From Gammaproteobacteria bacterium (GTDB lineage: Bacteria; Pseudomonadota; Gammaproteobacteria; UBA4575): a stretch of 64,000 nt of DNA. Below the pieces are notes generated by a model, which saw only the letters and a list, made by a program, of their open reading frames with translations, did no database searches and was not told the origin of the DNA. This document shows positions 28,124-38,397 of this stretch, one piece after another (within the stretch, counting starts at the first letter, position 1; each line of letters begins with the position of its first letter). The stretch spans positions 594,236 through 658,235 of the forward strand of contig OZ245760.1 in assembly GCA_965227695.1 (NCBI GenBank). The letters are read 5' to 3'. A program made the translations under genes and the position numbers.

Positions 28124-29344
28124 ATGGCAGATGTAAACCTGAATGCAGATATCGTCATCGTCGGAGGTGGCCTGGTCGGCATGTCTTTGGCGATTGGTTT
28201 GGCAAAGAGTCCCTGCCGGGTGATTCTGCTGGAGCGCAGCCAGAATGCTCCGCTGCATCACAATGTTCTGGACCTGCGTACTACCGGCCTGGCAATGAGT
28301 TCAAAAGTCATGTTTTCCCGTTTGGGCTTATGGGAAAAGATCGTAAAAGCTGCCAGTCCGATCGATCGACTGGATGTCTCCGAGCAGGCAAATTTTGGTG
28401 TGGCAAGAATTGATGCCAAACAGCATGGCATTTCATCTATCGGTTATATGGTTCCAAATGACCACCTGATGGAAGTGTTGAGCAAGGAAGTCATGCAGCT
28501 GCCGAATTTAACAATAATGTCACCGGCGAGCTGCGAGAGTATTGAGCGCTGCGGTAATGCATACCGTCTTGGTATCACGCATGGCCAGGAGTATCAGCAA
28601 ATAACCGCATCACTGGTGGTAGGCGCGGATGGCTCAAACTCCAAGGTGCGGGACCTGCTAAATATTACTGCGACTCACAAAAAATATAACCAAACTGCAA
28701 TTATTACTAACGTGTGTACGCAAAAGCCTCACAACAATGTGGCCTATGAGCGTTTCACACAACACGGCCCGTTAGCCGTTTTACCTATACAGAAGAATTA
28801 CTGTGCACTGATATGGACCCAGCCTGATGATCATGTCGATTATTATCTGAGTTTGGATGATCGGGTGTTTATGCGGGAATTACAAAAAGCGTTTGGATAC
28901 CGTCTGGGCAGATTTCTGGCCGTAGGCCAGCGAGTTGGGTATCCTTTGACAATGATCACCAGTGACCAACTTACTTGCGACACGGCTGTGCTGGTAGGGA
29001 ATGCTGCCCAAACAGTGCATCCGGTCGCGGCTCAAGGTTTTAACCTTGGATTAAGAGATGTCCAGACACTGATTCATATGCTTAACAAGATAGACTTTAA
29101 TCCTGACTGCTTCCCGGATATGTTGACTGAATATGAACATCTTCGCGATCCGGATCGGCAGCATGTCATTCGTTTAACCGATGGCTTAACGCGTCTTTTT
29201 GCGCCACAGATATGGCCTGCAAAAATTCTGCGCGGCGTGGGTATACGCATGATTGGCAATTTCTACGCCGCCCAGCGCAGCATACTGAGACGAAATATGG
29301 GTCTGCGTTATCTGCCCTGTCTGGAAAGTGATGCCAATGATTGA
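28124..29344 (+). CDS. ubiH: 2-octaprenyl-6-methoxyphenol hydroxylase (FAD monooxygenase)
   Basis: ADIVIVGGGLVGMSLAI is an FAD-binding fingerprint, and the protein aligns across its length with E. coli UbiH. The ATG at 28124 was chosen over the ORF-track TTG at 28091 that overlaps pepP. Confidence 0.85.
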   Translation: MADVNLNADIVIVGGGLVGMSLAIGLAKSPCRVILLERSQNAPLHHNVLDLRTTGLAMSSKVMFSRLGLWEKIVKAASPIDRLDVSEQANFGVARIDAKQHGISSIGYMVPNDHLMEVLSKEVMQLPNLTIMSPASCESIERCGNAYRLGITHGQEYQQITASLVVGADGSNSKVRDLLNITATHKKYNQTAIITNVCTQKPHNNVAYERFTQHGPLAVLPIQKNYCALIWTQPDDHVDYYLSLDDRVFMRELQKAFGYRLGRFLAVGQRVGYPLTMITSDQLTCDTAVLVGNAAQTVHPVAAQGFNLGLRDVQTLIHMLNKIDFNPDCFPDMLTEYEHLRDPDRQHVIRLTDGLTRLFAPQIWPAKILRGVGIRMIGNFYAAQRSILRRNMGLRYLPCLESDAND

Positions 29345-30524
29345 CCAGCTCACTGACTGCGAGATCGCTGTCGTTGGCACAGGCGCGGTGGGTCTGACAG
29401 CTGCGTGCTGTTTGGCTGAACGATTCACAAAAGTGGTCCTGATTGGAGACATATCTATTCCGGACTGGCGACCACAGGATGATTATGGGTTGCGTGTCAG
29501 TGCGCTTAACCCCGCCAGCATTGAATTATTAAAAACGCTGGACGTCTGGCAGCAAGTCCGTTCGATGCGTGTGTGTCCGTATTATTCGATGTATGTGTGG
29601 GAGCAAAACACAAGCACCCACATTGAATTTAGTAGCCGGGAGACATCGCATGCATCGTTGGGTGCCATTGTTGAAAATCAGGTATTGCTGGCGGCTTTAA
29701 AAAATAAAGTAGACCAGTGTTCTAATATTACCTGTATTGAGAAAACCGGTCTTGATAACATGAGTGCGATATCCGGGGCTGGTATGCTATTGGAGCTGGG
29801 TAATGGGAAGCGATTAACCGCTGAACTGGTATTGGGAGCGGATGGCCACCATTCTAAAGTGAGGGACTGTATTGGTGCATCTAGTATTCGCACACCCTAC
29901 CGGCAAATGGGTATTGTATGCACGATAGCAACACAGCTTGATCACCAGCATACTGCCTGGCAATGTTTCACGCGCCATGGCCCGCTGGCATTACTGCCAC
30001 TGGATGAAAATATATGTTCTGTTGTATGGAGTGTCCCTGAAGACAAATGTCGCCAATTGATGGAACTGCCAATTTCGCAATTTAATCTTGAATTGACTGA
30101 GCACTTCGAATCCAGGCTTGGCCAGCTGGAGGTGATATCCGAGCTAAGATCATTTCCTCTGCAGGGGGCGCAATCAAGTTCTTACATCGGCCATCGTGCT
30201 ATTTTACTCGGTGATGCCGCACATGTTATTCACCCGCTAGCCGGATTAGGCCTAAATATGGGGCTGATGGATGCGCAATTTTTGAGTCAGCTGTTAAATA
30301 ACAGTGACCGTCCGCTTGGGAGCGAACGGGTTTTGAGGCGTTACGAAAGAGCGCGTAAAAGTGAAAATATACTTATGCAAAAGTCGTTGGAAAGCATTGA
30401 TATGCTGTTTCGTGAAAAACGCGGTCTTGCAATGCACGCACGATCTGTTGGCGTGAATTTCACAAACAAATTGCTACCGGTAAAGATGCTTTTCATGAGA
30501 CGGGCTTTAGGAATGCCCGTATAG
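29328..30524 (+). CDS. ubiI: 2-octaprenylphenol hydroxylase (UbiI/VisC, paralogue of UbiH)
   Basis: 398 aa. Has the FAD fingerprint IAVVGTGAVGLTAA and the GDAAHVIHPLAGLGLNMG motif. Sits in tandem after ubiH as in E. coli. Confidence 0.8.
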   Translation: MMPMIDQLTDCEIAVVGTGAVGLTAACCLAERFTKVVLIGDISIPDWRPQDDYGLRVSALNPASIELLKTLDVWQQVRSMRVCPYYSMYVWEQNTSTHIEFSSRETSHASLGAIVENQVLLAALKNKVDQCSNITCIEKTGLDNMSAISGAGMLLELGNGKRLTAELVLGADGHHSKVRDCIGASSIRTPYRQMGIVCTIATQLDHQHTAWQCFTRHGPLALLPLDENICSVVWSVPEDKCRQLMELPISQFNLELTEHFESRLGQLEVISELRSFPLQGAQSSSYIGHRAILLGDAAHVIHPLAGLGLNMGLMDAQFLSQLLNNSDRPLGSERVLRRYERARKSENILMQKSLESIDMLFREKRGLAMHARSVGVNFTNKLLPVKMLFMRRALGMPV

Positions 30525-30621
30525 AATGTTGCGGTCACTAATATAGGCTGGCCGCGAAATGATATATTGGAATGTTCAATCAGTATCAGTAATATAGATC
30601 AATTAACATCAAGGAATAAAC

Positions 30622-30837
30622 ATGAAAGAAATTAAATCAGTTGGGGAGTATAAAATATACGAAAAGAAATCAGGCAGGTATGCAATCAAGGACGTTAATA
30701 AGAAATTTATAAACGGGGAAGAAAAGACTAAAATACTTGTCAGTGCCGGATTAATTACGGTTCCTGAGCCCAAGCCGGCACCTGTCGAACAAGTTGAAGA
30801 AGACGCCTCGCAAGCAGACGAACAGTCAGATCAGTAA
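30622..30837 (+). CDS. hypothetical small protein with acidic proline-rich C-terminal tail
   Basis: 71 aa. A good SD (AAGGAA) precedes the ATG. A lysine-rich N-terminal half is followed by PEPKPAPVEQVEEDASQADEQSDQ. No family recognised. Confidence 0.4.
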   Translation: MKEIKSVGEYKIYEKKSGRYAIKDVNKKFINGEEKTKILVSAGLITVPEPKPAPVEQVEEDASQADEQSDQ

Positions 30838-30859
30838 TAATCACACATAAGGAGCAAAA

Positions 30860-31141
30860 ATGGCCAAGGCGACCGCACGACATATTCTGGTTGAAACCGA
30901 ACAGCAGTGTAACACGTTGAAGGATCAAATTTCACAGGGTATGGATTTTGGAGAAGCCGCCAAGCAGCACTCAAAGTGTCCCTCGGGTGCTTCTGGGGGG
31001 GAATTGGGTGAGTTTGGACCCGGAATGATGGTAAAAGAGTTTGATCAAGTTGTATTTAGTGCACCCATCAATGAGGTGCAGGGACCGGTCCAGACTCAGT
31101 TTGGTTTCCACCTGCTGGAAGTCACCTCGCGTACGGATTAA
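30860..31141 (+). CDS. ppiC: parvulin-type peptidyl-prolyl cis-trans isomerase C
   Basis: 93 aa. HILV...CPSG..GGELGEF...QFGFHLLEV aligns with E. coli PpiC residue for residue. Confidence 0.85.
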   Translation: MAKATARHILVETEQQCNTLKDQISQGMDFGEAAKQHSKCPSGASGGELGEFGPGMMVKEFDQVVFSAPINEVQGPVQTQFGFHLLEVTSRTD

Positions 31142-31190
31142 TCTCCGGCAACGGTGAACAGGAAATATCTGTCAGTATAAATACGATGGT

Positions 31191-31928
31191 TTAAACTAAT
31201 TCTCCACTAATGAAGTTCTGTGCCTGCCTGGATGCCGGGCCGGCAAAGAATTTCTCAGCCGACGACTGCTCTATCATCTCTCCCTTGTCGATAAATACAA
31301 TTTCTTTTGCAAGCCGCCTGGCTTGAGCAAGATCATGTGTCGTCATAATAACTTTCGTGTTGGAACTTTCAAACTGCTGAATAATATTTTCAAAACTAAT
31401 TACAGACGGCGGGTCCAGCGCAACGGTAGGCTCATCCAGTAAAATTACTCTGGGTTTTAACACCCAGGCACGAGCAAGGGAGACTTTTTGTAATTCTCCG
31501 CCGGAAAGACATTTCGTATTGCGCCTGGCGAGATGACTTAAGCCACAGATCTCAAGTGCATGCTGGCAGCGTTGCTGGTGCTCAGACCTGGGAATTCCCG
31601 CGATACGTAAAACAAAACCAATATTATATTCTACTGTTTGATTAAAAAATGTGGGCTGCTGTAATAATAATGTACGCCAGTACTGCCTGACACTGGGTGC
31701 CTGATTTGCCCAGGTAATGCTACCCGAACTGGGTACAATTACTCCGTGTAATAATTTTAGTAGAAGGCTTTTGCCTGAGCCGTTGTGACCAAGAATGATG
31801 CTTGTTCCGGATGAGGTAAGTTGTAAATTAAAATTATTAATTAACGTGTCATTTTTAATACGGTAAGAAACATCAATCATGCAAAGAGATACAGGCCGGT
31901 CCGTAAGTTTAGGTTTGTAAGTATTCAT
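31191..31928 (-). CDS. ABC transporter ATP-binding protein (single NBD, no C-terminal regulatory domain)
   Basis: 245 aa. Has Walker A GHNGSGKS, the signature LSGGELQKVSLARA, Walker B ILLDEPT, and the H-loop TTHD. Confidence 0.8.
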   Translation of the reverse strand: MNTYKPKLTDRPVSLCMIDVSYRIKNDTLINNFNLQLTSSGTSIILGHNGSGKSLLLKLLHGVIVPSSGSITWANQAPSVRQYWRTLLLQQPTFFNQTVEYNIGFVLRIAGIPRSEHQQRCQHALEICGLSHLARRNTKCLSGGELQKVSLARAWVLKPRVILLDEPTVALDPPSVISFENIIQQFESSNTKVIMTTHDLAQARRLAKEIVFIDKGEMIEQSSAEKFFAGPASRQAQNFISGELV

Positions 31929-32620
31929 GCTGAATGCGACTTACGAACGATAATCATCAGGCTTGTAATTGTGAATGATATCATCAATAAAATGATTCCC
32001 AGAGCCATGGCTAACTCCAGGTTGCCCTTGCTGGTTTCAAGAGCGATGGTGGTCGTCATGACGCGAGTGACATGGTTAATATTGCCACCCACAATCAATA
32101 CTGCGCCGACTTCCGCCGAAGCCCTGCCAAAACCGGCCAGCACGGCGGTGAATAAGCTTGTCCTGGCATCTTTTAGTAAGGGTAATATAGTAAAACGGGT
32201 TGGTGCTCCAAGCGCCTTAAACTGAAGTGCATGCTGCTTAAACAAGTCTTCAATCGTTTGTTGTGTCAACGAACTGATTATAGGGGTAATCAGGATGCAT
32301 TGCGCAATGATCATTGCCGTAGATGTAAACAATAGTTCGAGATCGCCTAAAGGCCCTGACCGGGTCAGTAACAAATACAGGGCCAATCCCACTACGACGG
32401 GTGGTAATCCCATGAGGGTATTAAGCACTCCCGTAATAAGATCCTTGCCGCGAAAAAAATAGACACCAAGGATAGTGCCCAGCGGAATGGAAATTAGCGT
32501 CGCAATGATAACGGCACTCAGGCTTACTTTGAGAGATAATAATACGATCTCTAGGAGTTCCGGCTCACATGCAATAATCAGCTGGAAGGCAGTATAGAAA
32601 ATGCCGTCATCATTATTCAT
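31925..32620 (-). CDS. ABC transporter permease, importer-type (BPD_transp_1 / EAA-loop family; TupB/ModB-like size)
   Basis: 231 aa with about 5-6 TM segments. The EAA-like loop ALGAPTRFTILPLLKDARTSLFTAVLAGFGRASAEVGA is present. Overlaps the ATPase gene by 4 bp. Confidence 0.7.
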   Translation of the reverse strand: MNNDDGIFYTAFQLIIACEPELLEIVLLSLKVSLSAVIIATLISIPLGTILGVYFFRGKDLITGVLNTLMGLPPVVVGLALYLLLTRSGPLGDLELLFTSTAMIIAQCILITPIISSLTQQTIEDLFKQHALQFKALGAPTRFTILPLLKDARTSLFTAVLAGFGRASAEVGAVLIVGGNINHVTRVMTTTIALETSKGNLELAMALGIILLMISFTITSLMIIVRKSHSA

Positions 32621-32652
32621 GAGCTAATTTGTAGTTTGTGCTCCTTATTACG

Positions 32653-33099
32653 CTACTGAAGCATCTTTCTTACCGGGACCACAACCTCTACTTGCTGTTG
32701 CTCGCTGAAGGTCAAGGTGAGCGTCACTTGATCCCCATCAGTTAATTGTCTTTGCGGTCTGAAAAGCATTAAATGATAGTCGCCGGGTTCCAGAACAAAT
32801 GTACTGTTAGCCGCAATATGCAAGTGTAGATGAGGTATCATTCTGTATACGCCATCTTTTTCCACGCTACGATGAAACTCAATCGAATTAAAGTCAGGAC
32901 TGGATGCGCTATGCAGAATTATATGCTTATCCGTTGTATTGGTAATGCGCATATAACCCGCCATCGCGGTCGCGTTTGGCGGCGCCTCACGAATCCAGCC
33001 GTCTTCAATTAGAACGGGACTAACGGGAGTATCCTGGCCACAAGCAGTAAAAGTCAGTAGCAGCATCAGGGCGAAACTTAAAAATATGATTTTACGCAT
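32653..33099 (-). CDS. periplasmic copper chaperone PCu(A)C (DUF461) lipoprotein
   Basis: 148 aa. Has a signal peptide with the lipobox LTFTAC, and an H-x-M / M-x-H-x-M copper(I)-site pattern (ITNTTDKH...IEFHRSV...MIPHLHLH...YHLMLF). Confidence 0.65.
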   Translation of the reverse strand: MRKIIFLSFALMLLLTFTACGQDTPVSPVLIEDGWIREAPPNATAMAGYMRITNTTDKHIILHSASSPDFNSIEFHRSVEKDGVYRMIPHLHLHIAANSTFVLEPGDYHLMLFRPQRQLTDGDQVTLTLTFSEQQQVEVVVPVRKMLQ

Positions 33100-33173
33100 A
33101 GATTTATTATTTTGTTTTAACTTAATCTGATATTATACCATTGTTAATCAAAATTTGAGATAAAACGCTGAGT

Positions 33174-33575
33174 TTGAGAATGGGCGCTGAACCGAACGAT
33201 AGAATCTATACACAAGATCATGTCTGGCTGAAGACTTTCTCTGATGGAACGTATGAATTAGGTATCACCTCGTACGCGCAACAGGAACTGGGAGATATTG
33301 TGTTTGTTGATCTGCCGTCTGTGGGAACTTCAACGCAACCCGGACAAGCGTGTGCCATTGTGGAATCGGTTAAATCAGCGTCGGATATAATTTGCCCCGT
33401 GGAAGGCGTGGTCTCACAGGTTAATCAGCAGCTGGCTGACGAGCCTGAGCTTATTAATGAATCCCCCTATACCGAAGGCTGGATTTTGCGGATCAAAATG
33501 GATCAGGACAATACAATAGAGAATAAAATGTCTGCGGATGAGTATGTTGCTCAACTATCCGCAAGCACTGTTTAG
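33174..33575 (+). CDS. gcvH: glycine cleavage system H-like lipoyl carrier protein
   Basis: 133 aa and aligns along its length with E. coli GcvH, including the lipoyl-lysine context VESVKSASDI. No gcvT or gcvP lies adjacent. Confidence 0.8.
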   Translation: MRMGAEPNDRIYTQDHVWLKTFSDGTYELGITSYAQQELGDIVFVDLPSVGTSTQPGQACAIVESVKSASDIICPVEGVVSQVNQQLADEPELINESPYTEGWILRIKMDQDNTIENKMSADEYVAQLSASTV

Positions 33576-33604
33576 TTCAACATCGATAATTTAGCGAGGA
33601 GTTC

Positions 33605-34105
33605 ATGGCAACAATAACATTACAGGGAAACAATATTCAAACAAACGGCAACTTGCCGGCCATCGGAGAGCGCGCGCCAGATTTTACTCTGGTTAACCAG
33701 GATCTTGGAAACGTTGGACTTGATGATTTTGCGGGTAAGAAGAAACTTATAAGCATTGTTCCAAGTCTGGACACACCTGTATGCGCAAGTTCTACCAAAA
33801 AGTTTGCAGCTCTGGCCGCCGAGAGGGAAGACATCATCGTAATAATCGTATCCGCTGATCTGCCATTTGCCATGTCACGCTTTTGTAGTAGCGAAAAAGT
33901 GGAAAATGTTGTGACACTCTCAATGATGCGCAGCCAGAAATTCGCCGAAGATTATGGTGTTTTAATTCAGGATGGACCACTGGCAGGAATTACGGCCCGC
34001 GCAGTTGTCATTCTCGATGCAGATAATAATGTCAAATATACAGAACTTGTTGGTGAAATTGCTGATGAGCCTGATTATGATGCTGCTGTAGACGCACTGG
34101 CTTAG
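33605..34105 (+). CDS. tpx: thiol peroxidase (atypical 2-Cys peroxiredoxin)
   Basis: 166 aa. Has the peroxidatic Cys in [11 protein letters not shown] and the resolving Cys downstream, matching E. coli Tpx. Confidence 0.9.
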   Translation: MATITLQGNNIQTNGNLPAIGERAPDFTLVNQDLGNVGLDDFAGKKKLISIVPSLDTPVCASSTKKFAALAAEREDIIVIIVSADLPFAMSRFCSSEKVENVVTLSMMRSQKFAEDYGVLIQDGPLAGITARAVVILDADNNVKYTELVGEIADEPDYDAAVDALA

Positions 34106-36174
34106 CTGCGAGGCGGGTCTTTTAATACTTGTGTCAGGTTCTCCAGTGATTCTATTGGAGCCTGACACTCCAACCCATGGCACAAGAAAGCACGCGTTGC
34201 ACCCGCCGCTGAATTTTTGATGGCGAGGCTTTCTGGCAGATTTTGTGCATCATCCGGAATTGAAAACACCATGCAGTCCGGCTGATATTGTTTTTGACAA
34301 GTTCTTTGCCAACTCTCTATTGTGGGCTGTATACCGCGTATAATGATTATTGTCGGGGGTTCTATAAGTTCCTCGTAACATCGTAAAAGCGACCCATATG
34401 CCATTGGATTATTGTTTATCTGCTGCCCTGCATTATTAATGGTGCGCTCTGCGGCATCAATGTATCGAGTCTCTGAAAGCAGGTAACCCAAGCGCAGCAG
34501 ACTATAAGCTGCCACGCCATTGCCTGAGGGAGTGGCTTCATCTGAACTGATTTTGGGTCGCTGAATGAGATTTTCGTGATCATTGGATGTAAAATAAAAC
34601 CCACCGTATTGTTGATCTTCAAAATGTGCCAGTAATGTATTGGCTATTTCAATTGCAAAAAGCAGATAACTGCTCTGCCATTGTGTCTGCAGGTATTCCA
34701 GTAAAGCATCCAGTAAAAACGCATAATCATCAAGATAGGCATTCAAATGAGCTTTACCATCTTTGTAGCTTGCATAGAGACGACCCTGATCTGTGATCAT
34801 GTTGCGTCTGATAAATTCAAGTGCATCAAGTGCTGAACGGCTATACTCATCTTTGTCAAATACCCGGCTGGCGATCGACATGGACTTGATTACTAATGCA
34901 TTCCAGCCTGTGAGTATTTTATCATCCCGGTCGGGTGGGGTATTGCTAGATCTATATGTAAATAACTTGTCACGTGCGCGTTGCCAGGTTTCATTGCATG
35001 TTGCGATATCAATGCAATGCTGTCTTGAATATTCATCGAAATCCATCCATTCGTTTAAATGGTATTTATCCTCGAAGTTAGGGCCACGCTCCAGGCCAAA
35101 ACGTTGATTTACAAGGTCCAGTTCTTTTTTGTCGAGTAATGTCTTTATTTGTTCCATGTCCCAGGTATAGTACTTTCCTTCTACACCATCAAAATCAGCA
35201 TCTAAAGAAGAAAAGTAACCGCCTTCTGGTGCTTGCATCTCACGTATGATCCATTCTGCTGTATCCAGCGCGGTTGATTTGAAGCGTTCCTGGCGCGAGG
35301 CAAGATAAGCCTGGGTATAGATGCTGAGTAAGAGGCCGTTGTCATAAAGCATTTTTTCAAAATGCGGTATCATCCAGTAATCATCTACTGAGTAACGATA
35401 AAAACCGCCGCTGACGTGATCAAACAATCCTCCCGCGGCCATTTTTTCCAATGTAAAAAACAGTAAATGAAATGTAATGTTGTCTTCAATTCCATGTTGT
35501 TGAGATCGATAGTAGTCTCGAAGCAGTAAATCGAGATTACCGGGATGAGGGAATTTTGGTGCCTTGCCAAATCCGCCATGCTGTCTGTCGAAAACTTCCA
35601 TTAACTGATTTTTTGCCCGAAGCAGAATGTTATTTTCAAGTGTTACCGGTTCACCTGAGGATTGGTAAATGGCGTTTAACTGATTCTGCAGGGACTGGTT
35701 CTGCTCTTGGACCTGTTCGGGTTTTGTGTAATAAATTTCAGCGATATATTTAAGGAGATCCTTGAAAGCGGGTAATCCATGGCGTGCTTTTTTCGGGAAA
35801 TAAGTGCCAGCAAAGAATGGAATATGGTCAGCAGGGGTCAGAAACATGGTTAGCGGCCACCCTCCACTGCGTTGCGTCAGCACAATAAAGGAAGTCTGGT
35901 ATATCTTGTCAATATCGGGTCGTTCTTCCCGGTCAACTTTGATGTTGATAAATAAGTCATTCATAATAGAGGCTGTCTGGGCGTCCTCGAATGATTCATG
36001 TGCCATTACGTGGCACCAGTGGCAGGCAGAGTAACCAACAGATAACAATATTGGCTTGTTTTCACGTAATGCCCGGTTCAGCGCCTGTTCTCCCCATGGA
36101 TACCATTCCACGGGATTCTGAGCATGCTGTAATAAGTATGGACTGGTTTCGTGGCAGAGGTAGTTGGCTGACAT
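34102..36174 (-). CDS. thioredoxin-domain protein of the YyaL/DUF255 (SSP411-like) family
   Basis: 690 aa. The N-terminal thioredoxin-like domain has a CHWC motif ([18 protein letters not shown]), followed by a long (alpha/alpha)6-like region. Confidence 0.75.
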   Translation of the reverse strand: MSANYLCHETSPYLLQHAQNPVEWYPWGEQALNRALRENKPILLSVGYSACHWCHVMAHESFEDAQTASIMNDLFINIKVDREERPDIDKIYQTSFIVLTQRSGGWPLTMFLTPADHIPFFAGTYFPKKARHGLPAFKDLLKYIAEIYYTKPEQVQEQNQSLQNQLNAIYQSSGEPVTLENNILLRAKNQLMEVFDRQHGGFGKAPKFPHPGNLDLLLRDYYRSQQHGIEDNITFHLLFFTLEKMAAGGLFDHVSGGFYRYSVDDYWMIPHFEKMLYDNGLLLSIYTQAYLASRQERFKSTALDTAEWIIREMQAPEGGYFSSLDADFDGVEGKYYTWDMEQIKTLLDKKELDLVNQRFGLERGPNFEDKYHLNEWMDFDEYSRQHCIDIATCNETWQRARDKLFTYRSSNTPPDRDDKILTGWNALVIKSMSIASRVFDKDEYSRSALDALEFIRRNMITDQGRLYASYKDGKAHLNAYLDDYAFLLDALLEYLQTQWQSSYLLFAIEIANTLLAHFEDQQYGGFYFTSNDHENLIQRPKISSDEATPSGNGVAAYSLLRLGYLLSETRYIDAAERTINNAGQQINNNPMAYGSLLRCYEELIEPPTIIIIRGIQPTIESWQRTCQKQYQPDCMVFSIPDDAQNLPESLAIKNSAAGATRAFLCHGLECQAPIESLENLTQVLKDPPRS

Positions 36175-36272
36175 GAATAAGAAAAAGTAATCACAAACAA
36201 TGTATGATGCTACTTTATCGTAAACGATAAGCTGTGTATGTAATGCCTAAGATGTATATACTCTAACCATGT

Positions 36273-37079
36273 TTGTATAACGTGATGTTTGTACACCCCC
36301 AGATTGATCCTGTCATATTTCAACTAGGTCCATTAGCGGTGCGCTGGTATGGATTGATGTACTTGCTCGGCTTTATTGCCTTCTGGTATCTGGGCTCGCA
36401 ACGGGCAAAAAAAACAAACAGCTTTATCACTAAAGATCAGGTGAGTGATTTTTTATTTTATGCGGTTTTAGGTGTGGTGATTGGTGGTCGACTGGGCTCT
36501 GTTTTATTCTATAACCTCGATCACTTTTTGAATGATCCATTGTATCTGCTGAGAGTCTGGGAAGGGGGCATGAGTTTTCATGGCGGGCTACTTGGCGTGT
36601 TGTTTGTGATCTGGGTATACCAGCGAAAACATCGCTGGGGTTTCTTTAGACTGGCCGATTTTATTGCACCACTTGTGCCCCCTGGTCTGGGATTCGGGCG
36701 CATAGGTAATTTTATTAATGGGGAATTGTGGGGCAGACCGACGGATATGCCCTGGGGAATGGTATTTCCTCATGTCGACCAGGTGGCACGACACCCATCA
36801 CAATTATATCAGGCCGCCCTGGAGGGGTTACTATTGTTTCTCATACTATGGCTGTATTCAGCAAAGAATCGAATGACAGGTCAGGTATCCGGCTGGTTTC
36901 TGATTTTATATGGCGTGTTCCGATTTTTAGCTGAATTCACTCGTCAGCCTGATATGCATCTTGGATTTATTGTCTTCAACTGGATGACGATGGGGCAACT
37001 GCTAAGTATTCCGATGTTCTTTGCTGGCATAATTCTACTTTGGATGAGCAAACGCGGCACTTTTGAGAGAAGTCATTAA
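36273..37079 (+). CDS. lgt: prolipoprotein diacylglyceryl transferase
   Basis: 268 aa. [23 protein letters not shown] and [11 protein letters not shown] with the downstream Lgt signature align with E. coli Lgt. Confidence 0.9.
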   Translation: MYNVMFVHPQIDPVIFQLGPLAVRWYGLMYLLGFIAFWYLGSQRAKKTNSFITKDQVSDFLFYAVLGVVIGGRLGSVLFYNLDHFLNDPLYLLRVWEGGMSFHGGLLGVLFVIWVYQRKHRWGFFRLADFIAPLVPPGLGFGRIGNFINGELWGRPTDMPWGMVFPHVDQVARHPSQLYQAALEGLLLFLILWLYSAKNRMTGQVSGWFLILYGVFRFLAEFTRQPDMHLGFIVFNWMTMGQLLSIPMFFAGIILLWMSKRGTFERSH

Positions 37080-37080
37080 T

Positions 37081-37875
37081 ATGAAACAGTACCTGGAATT
37101 ATTACATCATGTATTAACTCACGGCGTCGAACAGAGTGATCGAACAGGTACTGGCACGATCTCGACATTTGGTTATCAGATGCGTTTTGATCTGGCGCAG
37201 GGCTTTCCATTGTTAACGACAAAAAAACTTCATATCAAATCGATTATCCATGAGTTATTGTGGTTTATTCGGGGTGAAACTAATGTCAGATCCCTGCAGG
37301 AGGTCGGGGTAAGTATTTGGGATGAGTGGTCTGACGAACAGGGAAACCTTGGTCCGATTTACGGTGCTCAGTGGCGTGCCTGGCCAACTGAACGCGGCGA
37401 AAAGATTGATCAGTTAAGCCGCCTGATTGAGCAGATAAAGAATAATCCTGCATCCCGGCGTCATATTATCAGCGCATGGAATGTGGGAGAAATAGAAAAA
37501 ATGGCATTACCGCCCTGCCATACTCTATTTCAGTTTTACGTCGCCAATGGAACACTTTCCTGTCAGCTATATCAGCGCAGCGCAGATGTGTTTCTGGGTG
37601 TCCCGTTTAACATAACTTCCTATGCATTACTGCTTATGATGGTTGCGCATGTCACTGACTTGGAGGCGGGTGAATTCATTCATACATTTGGCGATGTGCA
37701 TATTTATCAAAACCATCTTGATCAGGTACGGCTACAATTGCAACGATGTCCATTACCCTTGCCATCACTTGAAATTAAGAGGAAAGTCGATTCAATTTTT
37801 GACTTTGTTTATGAGGATTTTGAGCTAAAAAATTACCAGGCCCATCCGCACATAACTGCCCCTGTTGCAGTATGA
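37081..37875 (+). CDS. thyA: thymidylate synthase
   Basis: 264 aa from the ATG at 37081 (MKQYLELL...). Has the catalytic Cys in [11 protein letters not shown] and the DRTGTGT motif. Follows lgt as in E. coli. Confidence 0.9.
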   Translation: MKQYLELLHHVLTHGVEQSDRTGTGTISTFGYQMRFDLAQGFPLLTTKKLHIKSIIHELLWFIRGETNVRSLQEVGVSIWDEWSDEQGNLGPIYGAQWRAWPTERGEKIDQLSRLIEQIKNNPASRRHIISAWNVGEIEKMALPPCHTLFQFYVANGTLSCQLYQRSADVFLGVPFNITSYALLLMMVAHVTDLEAGEFIHTFGDVHIYQNHLDQVRLQLQRCPLPLPSLEIKRKVDSIFDFVYEDFELKNYQAHPHITAPVAV

Positions 37876-37902
37876 TGTTAATCATATAGTTGTGCCTGTT
37901 TC

Positions 37903-38397
37903 ATGAAGATAGCGATCATTGTTGCATTAGCCAAGAACAACATTATTGGTGCTGACAATACCATACCCTGGTATTGTCCAGAGGACCTGAAATATTTTAA
38001 ACGCACCACACTGGGCTCACCTGTGCTGATGGGACGAAAAACCTATGAGTCTTTAAAAGTAAAGCCTTTGCCAGGTCGTCATAATATTATCGTCACGAGA
38101 GGATGTCGACAGTATCAGGGTTGTCATAGTGTTGCGAGTATTGAGGAAGGGATTGCCTTGGCCGAATCGATCACTACGGAAAAGCTGTTTATTATTGGTG
38201 GCGCTGACATATACCAGCAGTCTTTATCCCTGGCTCACCAGTTATATGTGACAGAAATAGATGTTGAGGTGGATGGTGATTGTTTCTTTCCTTCGATTGA
38301 TGCATCCCAGTGGTCCCTGATCAGAACGTCAGTTTATCCTGCTGATGACAGCAATCCACACACAATGACCTTTAAGGTTTTTTCGCGTGAGAAGTAA
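37903..38397 (+). CDS. folA: dihydrofolate reductase
   Basis: 164 aa. IAIIVALAKNNIIGADNTIPW and GRKTYESL are canonical DHFR motifs. Confidence 0.9.
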   Translation: MKIAIIVALAKNNIIGADNTIPWYCPEDLKYFKRTTLGSPVLMGRKTYESLKVKPLPGRHNIIVTRGCRQYQGCHSVASIEEGIALAESITTEKLFIIGGADIYQQSLSLAHQLYVTEIDVEVDGDCFFPSIDASQWSLIRTSVYPADDSNPHTMTFKVFSREK

